Of a stretch of DNA of 64,000 bases, positions 26,843-40,535 are shown one piece after another (positions within the stretch are counted from its first letter, which is position 1; every line of letters begins with the position of its first letter). Position numbers and translations under genes: made by a program. The stretch spans positions 185,382,001 through 185,446,000 of the forward strand of contig NC_058368.1 of assembly GCF_018350175.1 (NCBI RefSeq). The letters run 5' to 3'. The notes under the pieces were generated by a model. The model was not told where the DNA came from and did no database searches. It saw only the letters and a program-made list of their open reading frames with translations. Source of the DNA: Felis catus (Eukaryota).

Positions 26843-28022
26843 CAAAGAAAGTGGACATGCTCTTTGAGGCTGAGATTGGACAGGAGAACCTATGCACATG
26901 TATAAATAAATTGCTATTATATTGGATATATCAATTCAAAGGATCATAGACTTACATTTATAAAATAATAAATTAACACCCAAAAGTAGTCTTCTTATAT
27001 TTGCTTTGATTCATTGCAACAAAGTATTTATTTGTTTTTCATTGAATATACAAAACATAAGGTGGTTAAGAACTTCAATAATCGACTTCTCTTGTTTTCT
27101 ATAGTATCTTTCTTACGCCGAGAATTACCAATTTTTTTAAACAAACATTAATAAAAGTAGCACTTCCTTACATTTATGCAACACTTTTCCGAAAGCTTCG
27201 TGTTTCACCATTGTGCTCAATTTCCATGGCAACCATGTAAGTCAGACTTCTCCAAACTAAATATTACAAAGGCAAATAGAAAATCCAGATGGAGCTTTGG
27301 ATCATTGCTTACCTAGGAAGATCAGTTGTATCTGACATGTGCTCCAAGGTTCAGTACTTTGATGAGACTCTCAGACGAAAGAGACAGTGAATGCTATTTT
27401 CTCAGCTTTCTCAAGGATAAGGATATCTGTCTTTCAAAACCTAAGTTTTGAGAAAAACAAACAGTGTTTGACACTTTCCTAGCCCCTCTCCTATCACCAA
27501 CTCTTCTTCCATTGATGGGAAATCTTTTAAAAGATGTGTAGATTCAATATAATATCACTTTTTAAAGTTTAAACATAAAGAATGGGAATTAATTAGAGAT
27601 TAATAAATGTTCATTCATTTACCTATATTTTTTGAGTGCCTCCTATGCATCATATACTGTTCTAGGCACTGAAGATGCAGCTGCGACAAGAAAGGTAGGT
27701 TTTTACTTTCATGGCAGTTATATTCTAGCAGGAGAACAAAACAATATTAAAATATAAGGGAGTTAAGATCTATAAAGAAAATGATATCAGGTGATTTAAT
27801 TTGAAAAGGAAACACGAACATTTGAGATTGAGAAAACAAAACATTTAAGAAACATTGAGTATAAACTGCAAATAAAATTTTTCCTAATGCTTCATGAATC
27901 TCTGATATGTGCTAGCAACATGCGTAAGACACGCTAACCGGGGAGTCAGTAGCTATAAGGGACACGGTATAGCTATATCATATGATACTGCAGAAGTTGG
28001 TGGTACCCATTTGTAAACATCC

Positions 28023-28134
28023 AGTTTGACTTCACATCTGCCGATCAACAAGAACATCTAGTCTCTACTCACACTGTCAAGTTTGACTTCACATCTGCTG
28101 AGCAACAAGAAAATGTAGTCTCTACTCACATTGT
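28023..28134. repeat. 57-bp tandem duplication (2 diverged copies)
   Basis: agtttgacttcacatctgc...tagtctctactcaca begins at both 28023 and 28080. Confidence 0.92.
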
Positions 28135-29236
28135 TGGCCTCAAGCCTTTCTCCTCACCCTTCAATTTTGCTTTCTAGCCATACTGGATGATTATAATTTG
28201 AGGGCAGGCCAAAAAGTTTCTCTCACCCCTAAACTTGCACATTCCCTGGCATATAGCTGGAATATTTTGCACACTACACCATACTTCTTCAGGAATCAGT
28301 TCAGATGTCACCTCCTATGATTTCTTAAGTGTTTGTAGGTATCTATCTCTTCTTAAAGGATCCACCAACACACTATATGTATTCTCACCATTATTCTTAC
28401 CACAATTATTATAATTGTACTTTCTCATAATAGGAGTATCTTAAGGAATAGGAATTATTGTTATTATAGTATCCACCACTAATAATTTATATGTTAACTG
28501 AAAAATATGTTTTTATTGATAAAATCATAAAAGTAAGAGAAAGGAAAAGTGAGATGAATTTTTTTGGTAACAACTTTATTTAAATATAATGTACGTACTA
28601 ACAATTCCCCATTTTAGTGATTGGATATTCACAGAATTGTTCAACAATTAATAGAATCAGTTTTTTTAACTGATCATTACCCATCAAAAAGTCCCTGTAC
28701 CCTTCATCTATCTGTGCCCCCACGTTCATCAGTCTCACTGCTAAGCATTCACTGATCTCCTTTCTGTATCTATAGGTTTGTTTATTTTAAATATTTCTTG
28801 TAAACTAGAACATCTAACACTTGGCCTTTGGTGACAGGCTTCTAGTATTTATTATAATATTTTGAAGGATTATCTCTGTTGTAGCAGGTATCAGTATGTA
28901 ATTTGTTTTATTGTTGAAAAATATTCCATTGTATGACTACATTTCTATATGTCATAGGGCCAACAGTAAAATCACACACACACACACACACACACTTCTT
29001 TATATGATAGTTTTTTGAATTAGTTAACAAAGGAGAAGAAATATATACTTATACTCTGTTTTATAATTACATATTACCTTTACCAGTGCTCTGTGATTTT
29101 TTTAATGTGTTTTTGAATTACTGTTTGGAGTCACTTACTTTCAATATGTACAATTTCCTTTATTATTTCTTGTAAGGTATGTCTGCTATAATCATTCTCT
29201 CAGTTTTTGGTTACTTGAGATTTTCATTATTTTACC

Positions 29237-29238
<2 letters not shown>

Positions 29239-29276
<38 letters not shown>

Positions 29277-29781
29277 GAGGGAGACAGTTTAATTTAGAAA
29301 TAAGCTTTAGATGGTGTCCTGATCAAATGGGAACTGAAGGGCCCAGCTTTGGATAGAAAGGCACTCATGGAGAATTAAGGGCCCCAACTGGGGAGGGAAG
29401 AGCATGGGAGCTGGTACGGAGAGTGCCACAAAGCTGGTCCTGTGCTCAGCAGGTACTGGCAGGGTCTGGAGTGATGAGTGGAGCGGCTCTCTCAGGTAAG
29501 GGGCTGTGCTTCTTACTGTACTTGCATTTGCAGCTTCTACTTAGAGCTATCAAAATTCCAGCGATGCACAGGAGCCCTCCAACAATCATCCCACCCAGCT
29601 CCAGGCTTTCCCAGTCATAAGAGAAGGGACTGTCTTTATCCACCAGGTCATTGGTTTCCAAGGCAGGCAGGCCTGCCCGTGTGAGGAGAAGGCCCCAGGT
29701 CACTCTCTTCATGATACAGCTTCAGGGCAGCGCTGAGAGCCAGGTGCAGCAAGCAGGTTTGGAGAGGCTGCTGGAGCTGTC
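29239..29781 (-). pseudogene. FXYD4: Processed (retrotransposed) copy of the FXYD4 mRNA
   Basis: Intronless 5'UTR+CDS+3'UTR, ATTAAA signal (29288-29293), (TAAA)n tail (29239-29274), TSD tattttacctt at 29228-29238 and 29782-29792. Confidence 0.92.
29446..29712 (-). CDS. FXYD4: Uninterrupted 88-aa FXYD4/CHIF-like ORF (Na,K-ATPase regulatory subunit) in the retrocopy; expression unknown
   Basis: Signal-peptide-like N-terminus, PFSYD motif, TM segment [23 protein letters not shown], and C-terminal [11 protein letters not shown] resembling FXYD4 PLITPGSAxTC. Confidence 0.6.
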   Translation of the reverse strand: MKRVTWGLLLTRAGLPALETNDLVDKDSPFSYDWESLELGGMIVGGLLCIAGILIALSRSCKCKYSKKHSPLPERAAPLITPDPASTC

Positions 29782-30378
29782 TATTTTACCTTCATTTAAA
29801 GGCAGTTATAGTGGATATTGAATTCTTGGGTGGCAGTCTTTGTTTTTAATACTCTGTGTATGTTTTTTCACTCATCTGATCTCCATTGTTAATGAAGAGA
29901 AGTCTGCTATTACTATTGTTATTATTCTTGGGGTTTCCTAGTAGTTGAAGAATTGTTTTTCTTTTCTTAAGATTTTCTCCTTGTCTGTTTTTCAGAATTT
30001 TTACAATGGTGTATCTGTGTGTAGATTTCTTTGTGTTTATCCTATTTTGAGTTTTATAGGCTTTTTGGAATGTGTAGGTTGTTATTCTTCAATAAATATG
30101 AGAAGTTTTCAGGAATTACTTCTTTGAATATCCTTTCTTCTTCTTTATACATATCTTTTTTCTGGCATTCTGGATATGAGGGTATGTTGGTGTGGTTAAT
30201 GGTATTCCATTTTCTCTGAGGTTGTGCTAATTTTTCTTCATTCTTTTTGCTGTGGTTTTCAGATTGCATAAACTCTTACCTTTTTCAAGGTCACTGATTC
30301 TTTCTTATGTCAGTTCAGATCTACCATTGACCCCCCCACTCAGTAAATTTTTAATTTCAGTTACTATATTTTTCTTTT

Positions 30379-30596
30379 AAAAAAATTTTTTTAACGTTTA
30401 TTTACTTTTGAGACAGAGAGAGACAGAGCATGAATGGGGGGAGGGTCAGAGAGAGAGGGAGACACAGAATCGGAAGCAGGCTCCAGGCTCCAAGCTGTCA
30501 GCACAGAGTCCGACATGGGGCTCAAACTCATGAACCACGAGATCATGACCTGAGCCGAAGTCGGACACTTAACCGACTGAGTCACCCAGGCACCCC
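30379..30596 (-). mobile_element. CanSINE
   Basis: TSD ttactatattttt/ttactgtattttt. Confidence 0.95.
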
Positions 30597-31357
30597 AATT
30601 ACTGTATTTTTCAACTGCAGAATTCCATGTGCTTCTTTGGGTAAGTTCTATTTGATAAGACACTGTCATTATCATTATGGTTGCCTTTGCCTTTAATTCT
30701 TTTAACATAGGCAAATTTGAAGTCTTTGTTAAATCCACTTTTTGGTCCCCTTCACAGGTGGTTTCAGCTCACTGCTGTCATTCTTGTGTATGGGTAACAC
30801 TTCCTGTTTCTTTGGATATTTCATAATTTTTGAAAACCGGTCATATATTTAAATAATATATTGTATATAATATATAATTATACAGTTATAAAATAATATG
30901 TTGTAGTGACTCTGGGTACTAGTCTTCCACTTGGACTTGTTACCTGTTTTATGCTTGTTTGTTTGTTTAGTAAGCAGCTGAACAGTTTTGGTGAAGTCTA
31001 TTTCCTCTGTGATGTTAGTCCTGAGAGGACCTGTGCATAATCACTTGGACATGTGCATAATCATTCTGGGATCACAGTTGTCTTAGCAGGCTTCTCTTTG
31101 ACTATTGTTGCTTCCCCCACTGACCACACCCAGCTGTTAAGCTTCACTAAATCCCAACTGATTGCTCTCTTATTTTCAACAATGCCTTGGTGAATAAATT
31201 GCTTCATAGACTATTCCAGGCATAGTTTTTGAGGTCAATACTTGAGGTTTGTTCTGACCCCAGGAGGGCTCTTACCTGTCTTTTCCCCCTATTTCTTTTT
31301 GGTAAACTAGTTTGTCAATAGTTTAGCTTATATCTCTAGTTAAACTACCAATTTTCT

Positions 31358-31415
31358 ATTTTTTTTTAAGTTTATTCATTTTTGAGAGAGAGAGACAGAA
31401 CGTGAGCAGGGGAGG

Positions 31416-31461
<46 letters not shown>

Positions 31462-31591
31462 ATCCAAAGCAGGCTCCAGGCTCTCTGAGCTGTCAGCACA
31501 GAGCCCGACGCGGGGCTCGAACTCACGAACGATGAGATCATGACCTGAGCTGAAGTTGGACACTTAACCGACTGAGCCACCCAGGCGCCCC
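31358..31591 (-). mobile_element. CanSINE with expanded (GA)n
   Basis: TSD ctaccaattttctatt on both sides; CpGs retained, suggesting a young insertion. Confidence 0.96.
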
Positions 31592-32943
31592 TTAGCTACC
31601 AATTTTCTATTAGTGGCTTTTCAACAAAATCTCCACTGTCTTTGACTCTTTCTTAAGCTTGCTTTTGTGTGTGTGTTGGGGGGGGCGGGGGAGAGCTTCA
31701 CAGCTCTCTGTTTTATGGTCTTATTTTTCCTCTGGACAAATCTCTGAACCAGGGCTCTTGAGATGGGGCAAGGACAGGGGTATGTTTCCCTCTGTGTGAC
31801 AATCCTACTTTAGGATTAGGCTTTGTGGCACAGTGGATTTGGTTTTTATTTGTCTTCTTCACTTGTCCTGCCTGGCATAGAAACTCTTCCCTACAGATAA
31901 ACCAAGTGAAGACAGTTGGGCCCCCAGTGTGCTCAGTATCTTTCACAAGTGGAGACTAGGTGTGAGAAGGCAGCTCTTGACTTTCAGCTGCCCTATCTGG
32001 AATTTAGCTTCTGTAGTAGATAGCTGGGGGAGGGCATGAGAGATGTTGACAGCTGCTCCTCATGATAATATACCCCAAATACTTTAATTCTTGACTGGTT
32101 GTTGGAAGACAGGAGTCCTGTATTCTTCATTACATAGACAAGAATAGAGTTTTTATTATGTTAGGCTGGGTTGGAGAAGGGAGGGATCAGTTTGTAGTAC
32201 AGATGCCACAGATAAGTCATTGTTCTTTCTGGGTTTTAGTAGAATTTCTTGATTCAAATGTTTCTTCATTTGCTGTATGACCTTATCGCCATTTCCAGAG
32301 AATTTAAATATATTTTTTAAATAATTTACCAGTTTCCCTCAGAAGCAGGTTCATGTAGAGCTCTTTCCTTTTACATTCCAGAGGTAAATACTAAATCTGC
32401 TTTTTAAAATGATGATCTGGAATACCCTGGCTGACATATGTATTAATATGCTAAGGGACTTATGCACTTTATTTCTGAGACTTTAGTCCTGAAGTTCTGT
32501 TGATTACAATGAGCTCACAGTGATGAGAATGCTTTCTTAGTAGGGGCATGTTTATTCAACTCATTGACTAGTCCTTTGAATATCAGTCTTTCAGTCTTCT
32601 TTACTGATTTGGATGCCTGACCTTGCAAACAACGGATGAGTCTTTCAATCTGTTTGGGCTTCCTGACAATAAGACCCTGAAACGCCTATAGATAGCAATG
32701 TCTGTGCCTATACCTATCTTGTAGGTATCATCACTGGTATTAGAGCATGATGATAAAGATAGTTGTTTGTACTGATGTACACATCAATAGTACTCAGGAA
32801 TGGCATCTTGGAAGCTGGGTGTTGCTCAAACATATCAAATGGGAATTCTCCTGTTCTTGAGCTCTCTGCTCTTTCTTGTCTCTGATATGTGACAGGTGTT
32901 ACCAGAATTTTCAAACATATAGAAAAGTTCAAAGAATATTAAA

Positions 32944-32982
<39 letters not shown>

Positions 32983-33389
32983 CCAAAATCTAGAGTTAGA
33001 ATTATTATTTGTTATTATGATGGCTAAGAATATATTCAGGCATACTTTCTTTGTTTACCTCTCTTGCTGAATCCTTAGAAAGTAAGTTGTATACCTCAAA
33101 ATTCCTTCTCCCTAAATTCCTAAGTATGCATCTTCTAAGACATTACTAGATCACAGTAGCTTTTGCTACCGCTTCAATATTTCTACCTAAAAGAAAACTT
33201 CCATATCTGTATGTATTTAATTTGGGTTGGGTGGGGAGTGATATCCTTAGAAATTTTGTAGCAAATAGAGTATTTTGGCTCTTCAACAGCAACTTGAGGG
33301 CTCTGATTTATTTGTATACAAAATTCATGCCCTTGTTGAAATTTTAAAATAATAGCAACATATTTTAGGATGCAGAATATATGTGTGTG

Positions 33390-33391
<2 letters not shown>

Positions 33392-33427
<36 letters not shown>

Positions 33428-33449
33428 CATGTAGGAATCAGACCATTTC

Positions 33450-33494
<45 letters not shown>

Positions 33495-33553
33495 CTGACA
33501 CATTAACAAGTTGGCAGATTCAATGTAAGGTTTTTTTTTTTTTTTTTTTTTTT
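33392..33553. repeat. (TG)n, (CA)n and poly-T cluster
   Basis: (TG)n 33392-33424, (AC)n 33453-33492, T run 33531-33553. Confidence 0.95.
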
Positions 33554-35549
33554 GGTATTTGATTAATGACATTAAAATAATGAGATCAACTGTTGAGTTT
33601 TTAGTAGTAAATACGTTTTAGATGTTAAGTAATCATGGATTTAAACAATGAAGTTAATAAAGTTAATTTAGTTCAAGAAACAGAGACTTATTACCTTAGT
33701 TTGAAAATTGCATTTTCCCCCATGAGCAAATTTAAATGAGCTCCATTGGCTGTTAAGCCATTAATCAAGCCTTTATTTGTATTTGGTGAATGTTTGGCAT
33801 CATTCAGGTAACCTTTCTGTAGATTATGTGGTATCTGCTCTTTTGCATTTTCTGTTTTAGCTAATGAATGCCAACAGTCATGAATAGTGAATTTGAAAGT
33901 GATCTACTATTTTCCTCTAATGAGTTAATTTTTGATTTCTCAACATTAATTTTTTGTTATGCCTCAGGTAATTATGATTAATGGCAAAAAAATCTTTTTT
34001 TTTTCTTATTGTTTCCCATGAAAAACAATCCCCCTCACTGTCAGTGATCTGACTGATGCTTGCTTGCTACAGTATGAATTTTGAAGAGGCTCTTCACTTT
34101 TATCTACAGGGTGAGATTTGTGAAGTTATAGATGGCAAGAGTTAGGGATGACGTTGAATGAGGATGCAAACACAGAAAGGCATAAGAATCTTTATGATTT
34201 GTCCTCCTTTCTTTTGATAGTTTTTATAGTCATTTAGCTGACCATTTTGATTTTACTGTTTCAGCAAGAGAAATGTTGTTAACAGCCTCAGCAGGCAGAA
34301 AAGGTGAACAGTGAAATACAGTTTCAGTATTTATATTAGGAAGTATCTTAAGGAATTTGTTATGCTGCTTTGACTAATTATACTGAGCTGAGAATTACCT
34401 TATTATTACTTTATTTTGTCAGGGAGTGGCTTTTGTGGGAATTGTTCCTGATCAACTGCCAGTCACAACCTGCATGCTGGGCATCCTCTTGTCATGTCCC
34501 GGAATGCCCAGAATAGGCAATGTCTGCGGTAGAAACACGATGGACTCCAGAGGGTTAAATTAAACATGCCTCAAGATTGCAAATGTAGTTGCCTGTATTA
34601 CAGTAGGTGGCAGTCTTTTCATTTTGACTAAACTCAGGACCTGAAATACACACAGAGACAGGCAAGGCTGGTGTTATGCATAGGTGCTCACTGTGTTAGG
34701 CATGTGAGTGCCCATAGTGGCATGATTTGGGGACATTGAAAGATCTTCTTTGCCTGAAAGTAGTTTTCTGAACAGGTGTCCATATTGCCTGAAGTCAATA
34801 GTTGTTGTTTTTCGGGGCCTTTAAAGATCATTCAGTTTAGTATAGCCAGCGAATGGATTGAACTTTAAGTATTTGTATTTGCTAAAACAGCTTTTTTTTT
34901 TAATTTAGTGACAATATTTGAGGTATAACTCTCAGGGACATGCTTAAGTTTGTTGGGGTCCTTGTTTGTCATTGTCCTTGTCCTCATACCTACAACCATA
35001 TTGTAGGACATAGTGAAAAATAAGTATATTTTGAATGAAACTTTAGGTCTTATTTAAAAAACTGGATTTATTAGTGAGACCTCTGTATAATAATCTTAGT
35101 ACTTTAGTGCCATGATAAATGAATCCACTGCTTCAACAAACAAATATGATTGTTAAAGCGGTAGATTCATTTATCATGGCATTGTCAGAATTTAGTTTTG
35201 AATGATTGTATTCAATTTATGAGATTGTACTTAGAAAATGCATAATATATTTCAGGTTTAAAATTTCTATTTGAAAACTGATGACTTTTGTATAATAATA
35301 GAAAAAAGAGTGGGTTTACTAAAGATATGCTCATATTGTGTATATAATGAAAATAAGATGTGTATGGCTTATATTCCTCTTAGATTCTGACATATTTTTT
35401 AAAGAAACCAGAGCTACGTTATGTCTTGGGTAGTTTTTTAAAAGTAATCCAGTGGGAGACTTAGGCTTTTTGTCCTTAAACCTCTGAAGGGAAGTAAATT
35501 TATTAAATTTCAGTAAAGAAATATTTACTCATATGACTCTAGAGTCAAA

Positions 35550-35765
35550 TACTCCATCTTTAAATTCTAGCTTTGAGATTTACTGACTGTATGACCTTGA
35601 GTTAGTGGCTTAATTTTTCTGTGTATCAGTTTTCTTATTTGTAAAATGGAAATGATAGCATAATCTTCTTGGCTTGCCATGTGAATTAAATGAATTAATG
35701 AATGTTATACCTGGGAGCAATGCCTGGTATATACAGTAAGTGATACTTAAGAGTTTGCTATGATT
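35550..35765. mobile_element. MIR
   Basis: Core tgtatgaccttgagttagtggcttaatttttctgtgtatcagttttcttatttgtaaaatgga. Confidence 0.8.
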
Positions 35766-36104
35766 ACTACTAATATTTCTGTTGATAATGCATTAGGTAT
35801 GAATAATGTGAATACTGTACCAAAAGTGTATTAGGGTCTGGATTCAGGAGATACTTGGCAAATATGCACAACAAAAATGCATGCAAGAAGCAGAAAGCTG
35901 AGCTTTGATTAGCAAATGTTCCCTTAGAGCTGACAAAGAGGCACAATTATTTTATGGCTCTGCTTTGTTTCTCTTGGGTGTGAAAAATCAGAAATGACAA
36001 TCCTGCTGAGCCTAATGAGATATTTCTGATACCTGAAGTCATATGCTGGCTTCTGTATGTGATATAAAGAATTGGACAGTAATGTTTATCTACAATTCAG
36101 ATCC

Positions 36105-36248
36105 TTTTTTTTTAACTGAAATTTTACAGTATTTTGAAATGATCTGAAATTTGTAGGAAAGTACAATAAGTTTTTGTCTCTGTCACATTTGAGAGGGGCT
36201 GACCTGACCTGATACTTCCTGACCACCTAATAATTTAGAGTATGTTTA

Positions 36249-36284
<36 letters not shown>

Positions 36285-38175
36285 TGCATTACTTTAGAAT
36301 ATTTTTGTGATTACTTCTGGTTTTGAAAATTGTCTTTTATCCTTTTGAACAACCAGAATATTGGCCTACATGCAGTACATTTCCCATTCTCTTACCTCAT
36401 CATAATAAACTATAAAAATCAGGAAATTAATACAGATACATTGGCATCATCTGAACCTCTGATCCTATTCTAATCCTATACCAGTTGTCCTGATAATATC
36501 TTTTATAATGAAAGGATCCAGTTTAGAACTTTTCACTGCATTTAATTCATGGATCTTAATTCTCCTTCACTTTGGGGAAGCTCTGCAGATGTTTTTCTGG
36601 ACTTTCATGACCTTGACCCTTTTAAAGATGAGAGTAGTTATTTTTTCAAATGCCCTCCAATTTGTGTCTGTCTTTTGCTTGCTTATGATTATATTAAATT
36701 ATGCATCTTTAGGAGGAATATTGCAGAAGTGATGGTGTGCCCTTCTCCCTGGGTCCTATCAGGTGGCACACTTTTTTGAGATATGATACTACTAATGATG
36801 CTCACTTTGATCACTTAATTAAGTTCGTGTCTGCCAGTCACTCTTTATTCTTTGGAAATTAATGGATGTCTTGTGGGACTTTACTTTTTAACCATTACTC
36901 ATCAAATTATGGAATAATGGTTTCCTATTTTTGTCAATGTTTACTAATCCATCACTTTGATTATTTTGAAACTCAAATTGCCTTTAATTTGGTCAGCAAG
37001 AGCCCCTTAAAGCTGTCCCTTATGTCCTTTTGACATGGCCTAATCATTCCTTGAATACTTGTTTGGTTTTAGGCCAAAAAAAGTATGTCCCTGGCTATTC
37101 TTCTATTTTCTCTGACTCAGTGCTGGAAGCAGTCATTTCTACAGCATCCTCCTCCTTCCTTTTGGTGAAAAATGGTGTTTACAAGCCAAAAAGTTGGGCA
37201 TTATGTATGCTTATTGCTATGGCTGTCATTGATCCTAGGCCACCTCTGTAAATATGATACATATTGCACACATACATGTGTATACGTTTACCTCTCTGCT
37301 TATGTCTATATCCATATGTTGGAAATCATAAATTCATCCCATGCTTCCAATTTTTTAATATTTATTCATTTTTGAGAGAGAGAGAGAGAGTGAGCATGAG
37401 CAGGGGAAGGGAAGAAAGAGAGAGGGAGACACAGAATCTGAAGCAAGCTCCAGGCTCTGAGCTGTCACCAAGAGCCCGACACGGAGCTCGAACCCACCAA
37501 CCATGAGATCGTGACCTGAGCCAAAGTCAGACGCTTAACTGACTGAGCCACTCAGGTGCCCCCTGCCCATGCTTCCAATTTCAATCTTCCACCACATGGA
37601 TCACAATAGCTCTCCTTTTGCGTATTTGTAACTGCTTTCTCTGAAGCTGAGAAGATTGGCTTGCATTATCCTTAACGTATTTACTCATTTGGCTAATTCC
37701 TTCTGTATAATCAATCTTCTGTTTTTATTGCCACCTCTTCTGTGTGCTGATGCCATCTTCCCTTTGCTCAGCTCTGACTCCTCTTTCCTGGATGCCTCCT
37801 CACACTATATAGAGACCCTCCTCATCCTCCTTGGGCTCACACTCTTCTGGACTACACCCAAATAAGGTTGCTTTTCTTTCCTTCTGCTCAAGCTCTACCA
37901 TAAATTATTGGGTATACCATCCTCCTTCCCCCAACCCTGTGGATGACCTTCTCATCCTATATGAGCTATGGTGCTTCCATTCCACACTAGGTTGCCGCTC
38001 TACAGATTTGCCCTCCTTATCATTGTTCAGGTTCTCAAAACTCTGCTTGAGCCATGCATTTCTCGAGACACCTTAGGCCACCCTTGTCTGGGTCAACATG
38101 TTCCCTCTCTCCCGATGTGTGAATACTTACTTTGCTTTGCCCTACCTGATGGATTTAGGACTGAATGGTTAAGGA
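36105..38175 (-). mobile_element. Old L1M (L1MC-type) 3' region
   Basis: Degenerate L1 3'UTR motifs, interrupted by (TG)n and a SINE. Boundaries approximate. Confidence 0.5.
37351..37563 (-). mobile_element. CanSINE
   Basis: TSD cccatgcttccaattt. Confidence 0.95.
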
Positions 38176-39164
38176 AATGAAGGGAAAGGAAGGGAAGGGA
38201 AGGGAACAATCCAGATTACAATTAGAAGTAAAAACCTAATGAATCCTTTTAGAAGGATACAAAAGAAACATTGCTTGTTGCTGCTGATGAAAGTTTAATT
38301 AATCTTTATGCCTTAAGATAAAGACTTTATTCTGTATGAATTAACACATAATTTTTAATAGTTCATATCTATAGCAACAGGACTTTTTTTCCTCACCGAT
38401 TTCAATTTTTTTCATATTTCATTGTTTGCTTGTTGGTTAAAGTCCTCTTGGGTGCAGTTTTCTATGTCTCTGTCTCAGACACTCAATCTGTAGCACCCCT
38501 ACCTCCAGCCCCATCCCCTACCTAGTAATACATGTTGGTGCCAAGGATCTAGTCATCTCAATATTGCCTCTTAAACAAATCGCAACATAGTAAAGGGTGT
38601 CTGAAATAAGAGTTAAAAATGAATTCCATATAGTAAGCACATGTGAAAGGAATTAGGCTCCTAGAAAGAAACTGTTGTATGTAAAATAAAAGAGATGATT
38701 TTGATAATAGTTTTTAGTGACTCCGAGCTGAGCATCTTTGCAGTCAATAGCATTGATTGGTTTGCCAACATGTATAATTACCACTTCTATGTTCCTGATT
38801 CTCTCTTCTTTGATGAATTTCATATTATCTGACAAGAGAACTCATTCAGGTCCACTTTTTGTCATGTCCTGGTGTGTCTTTTGGGGGTCTCAGGGTAGGA
38901 TGCATTGTAGCTTACTGAGAAAAAAAAGGAAACTTCAATTAGGAATCAGGAGATCAGGGTTGTCCCTACTCTGGGTGATTCTGACATAATCATTTCACCT
39001 TCTAGTCATAGTTCTCCTCACTTATGAAGTGAAACAGGCTGATAATCTTTAAGTCCTCATGGAAAACTAGGATTATATTAATAAGTATACAATTCTGTAA
39101 TTCAGTAAGCATTTATTGAATAACATTGGGATTGATTCCTTAGTTAATACATTTTATTGCTTAT

Positions 39165-39420
39165 TTGATTCCATTTATGGGAAATATTCAGATAAAAAAA
39201 AGGCCAAAGAAACAGAAAGTAGATTAGTGTTTTTTGAGGGCTGAGAGGAGGTGCCAAAGGGAATGACTGCTAATGAGTATGAGATTTCTTTGGGGGATGA
39301 TGGAAATATTTTGGAATTAGATAGTGGTAATGGTTGCACAAATCTATAAATATATTAAAACCCCCAAAATCGTAACTTGGAAAGAGTGAAATTTATGCTA
39401 TGTGAAATACATTTCAGTAG
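39165..39420 (+). mobile_element. L1MB-type 3' end
   Basis: cagaaagtagattagtg...gactgctaatgagtatgagatttctttgggggatgatggaaat...gatagtggtaatggttgcaca. Confidence 0.75.
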
Positions 39421-39745
39421 ACCTTGATTTTAACTTTTCTGTAGTGGGAAATAACATGAAATGGGTATCACATGATAGGGGCTGGGCACTAGAACCAGTT
39501 ATTTATAAGCATCTGACTGTTCTTGTGGTTTTAAAACCATATGCAAATGTTAGAATATTTTAAAGTAAACTTTATAAAATAAAAACAGTAATTTAGGTAA
39601 AATTTGTATCTCAAATTCAGAATTGCATTATTAAGTGAAGCCATGAAGGAGGGAGTTTGGATCTTTTAAAATGTGCCAAATGATGACTTAAATAAAGGGA
39701 CTTAAAAGATAAGATTTCACTTTGACAATTAGAAATATAGGGGGT

Positions 39746-39906
39746 GGAACACCTGGGTGGCTCAGTCAGTTAAGCACCCAACTCTTGATTTCAGCTCAGG
39801 TCATGATCTCAGGGTTTTGGGATCAAGCCTGGCATCAAGCTCCCAGCTGAACATGGAGCCTGCTTAAGGCTCTCTCTCTGTCTCTCTGTCTCTCTGTCTC
39901 TCTCTG

Positions 39907-39949
<43 letters not shown>

Positions 39950-39998
39950 TTCCTGTTCATTTGCATGTGCACATGCTCTCTCTCTCTCTCAAAAAAAA
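39746..39998 (+). mobile_element. CanSINE (older subfamily)
   Basis: cacctgggtggctcagtcagttaagc head, long (CT)n, A tail. Confidence 0.92.
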
Positions 39999-40535
39999 TG
40001 GATTGAAGCAATATGTGCTGGTTACTAAAAAACAGAAATAACTATAATTGGAATTGAGCCAATTATGAGACTTCTGAAACTCTAGTGAAGGTATAACCAA
40101 AGGGAATGTAGTTTACAAGGCCAAAAAGGGCAAAAAGGCAAGAAATATCAGTATCATTTGTAATAGTGCACATTAGATGCAATCTAGGAGTTTGACATTA
40201 GAGACTTGATTAGATCAGTTGTAATACATCAAATGCTGTAACACGAAGCAGCCTTAGAAACTGGGAAATGTTTCACTGACATGGGAGAGAATATAGGACT
40301 ACACAAAAATATTTGGATAAGAAAAAAAAATAAACTGGATGAAAAATAACATGTGTAATATAACCACAACTTAATTTTTCGAATATGTGAATACACATTA
40401 AATGAAAATTTTAATATTGGTATCCCCAAAATGATAGGTTGATAGCTAAAGGCTTTTTGGTGCAGTGCAATTATGTAATTTTTAAAATAGGTAGTTTTAA
40501 GTATTCTCCAAATGATGTAAATATAAATTGCTTTT

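Larger units (their letters stand above)
28560..32400 (-). mobile_element. Old L1M fragments (3' piece, ORF1 and 5' region) hosting the FXYD4 retrocopy and two SINEs
   Basis: ORF1-like remnant ERIFKEVIPENFSYL (30054-30269). L1 ORF1-end sequence continues across the retrocopy TSD. Boundaries approximate. Confidence 0.7.

Noticed and set aside
34421..34555. Possible exon after ttattttgtcag
   Set aside because: Poor donor and unrecognised translation.
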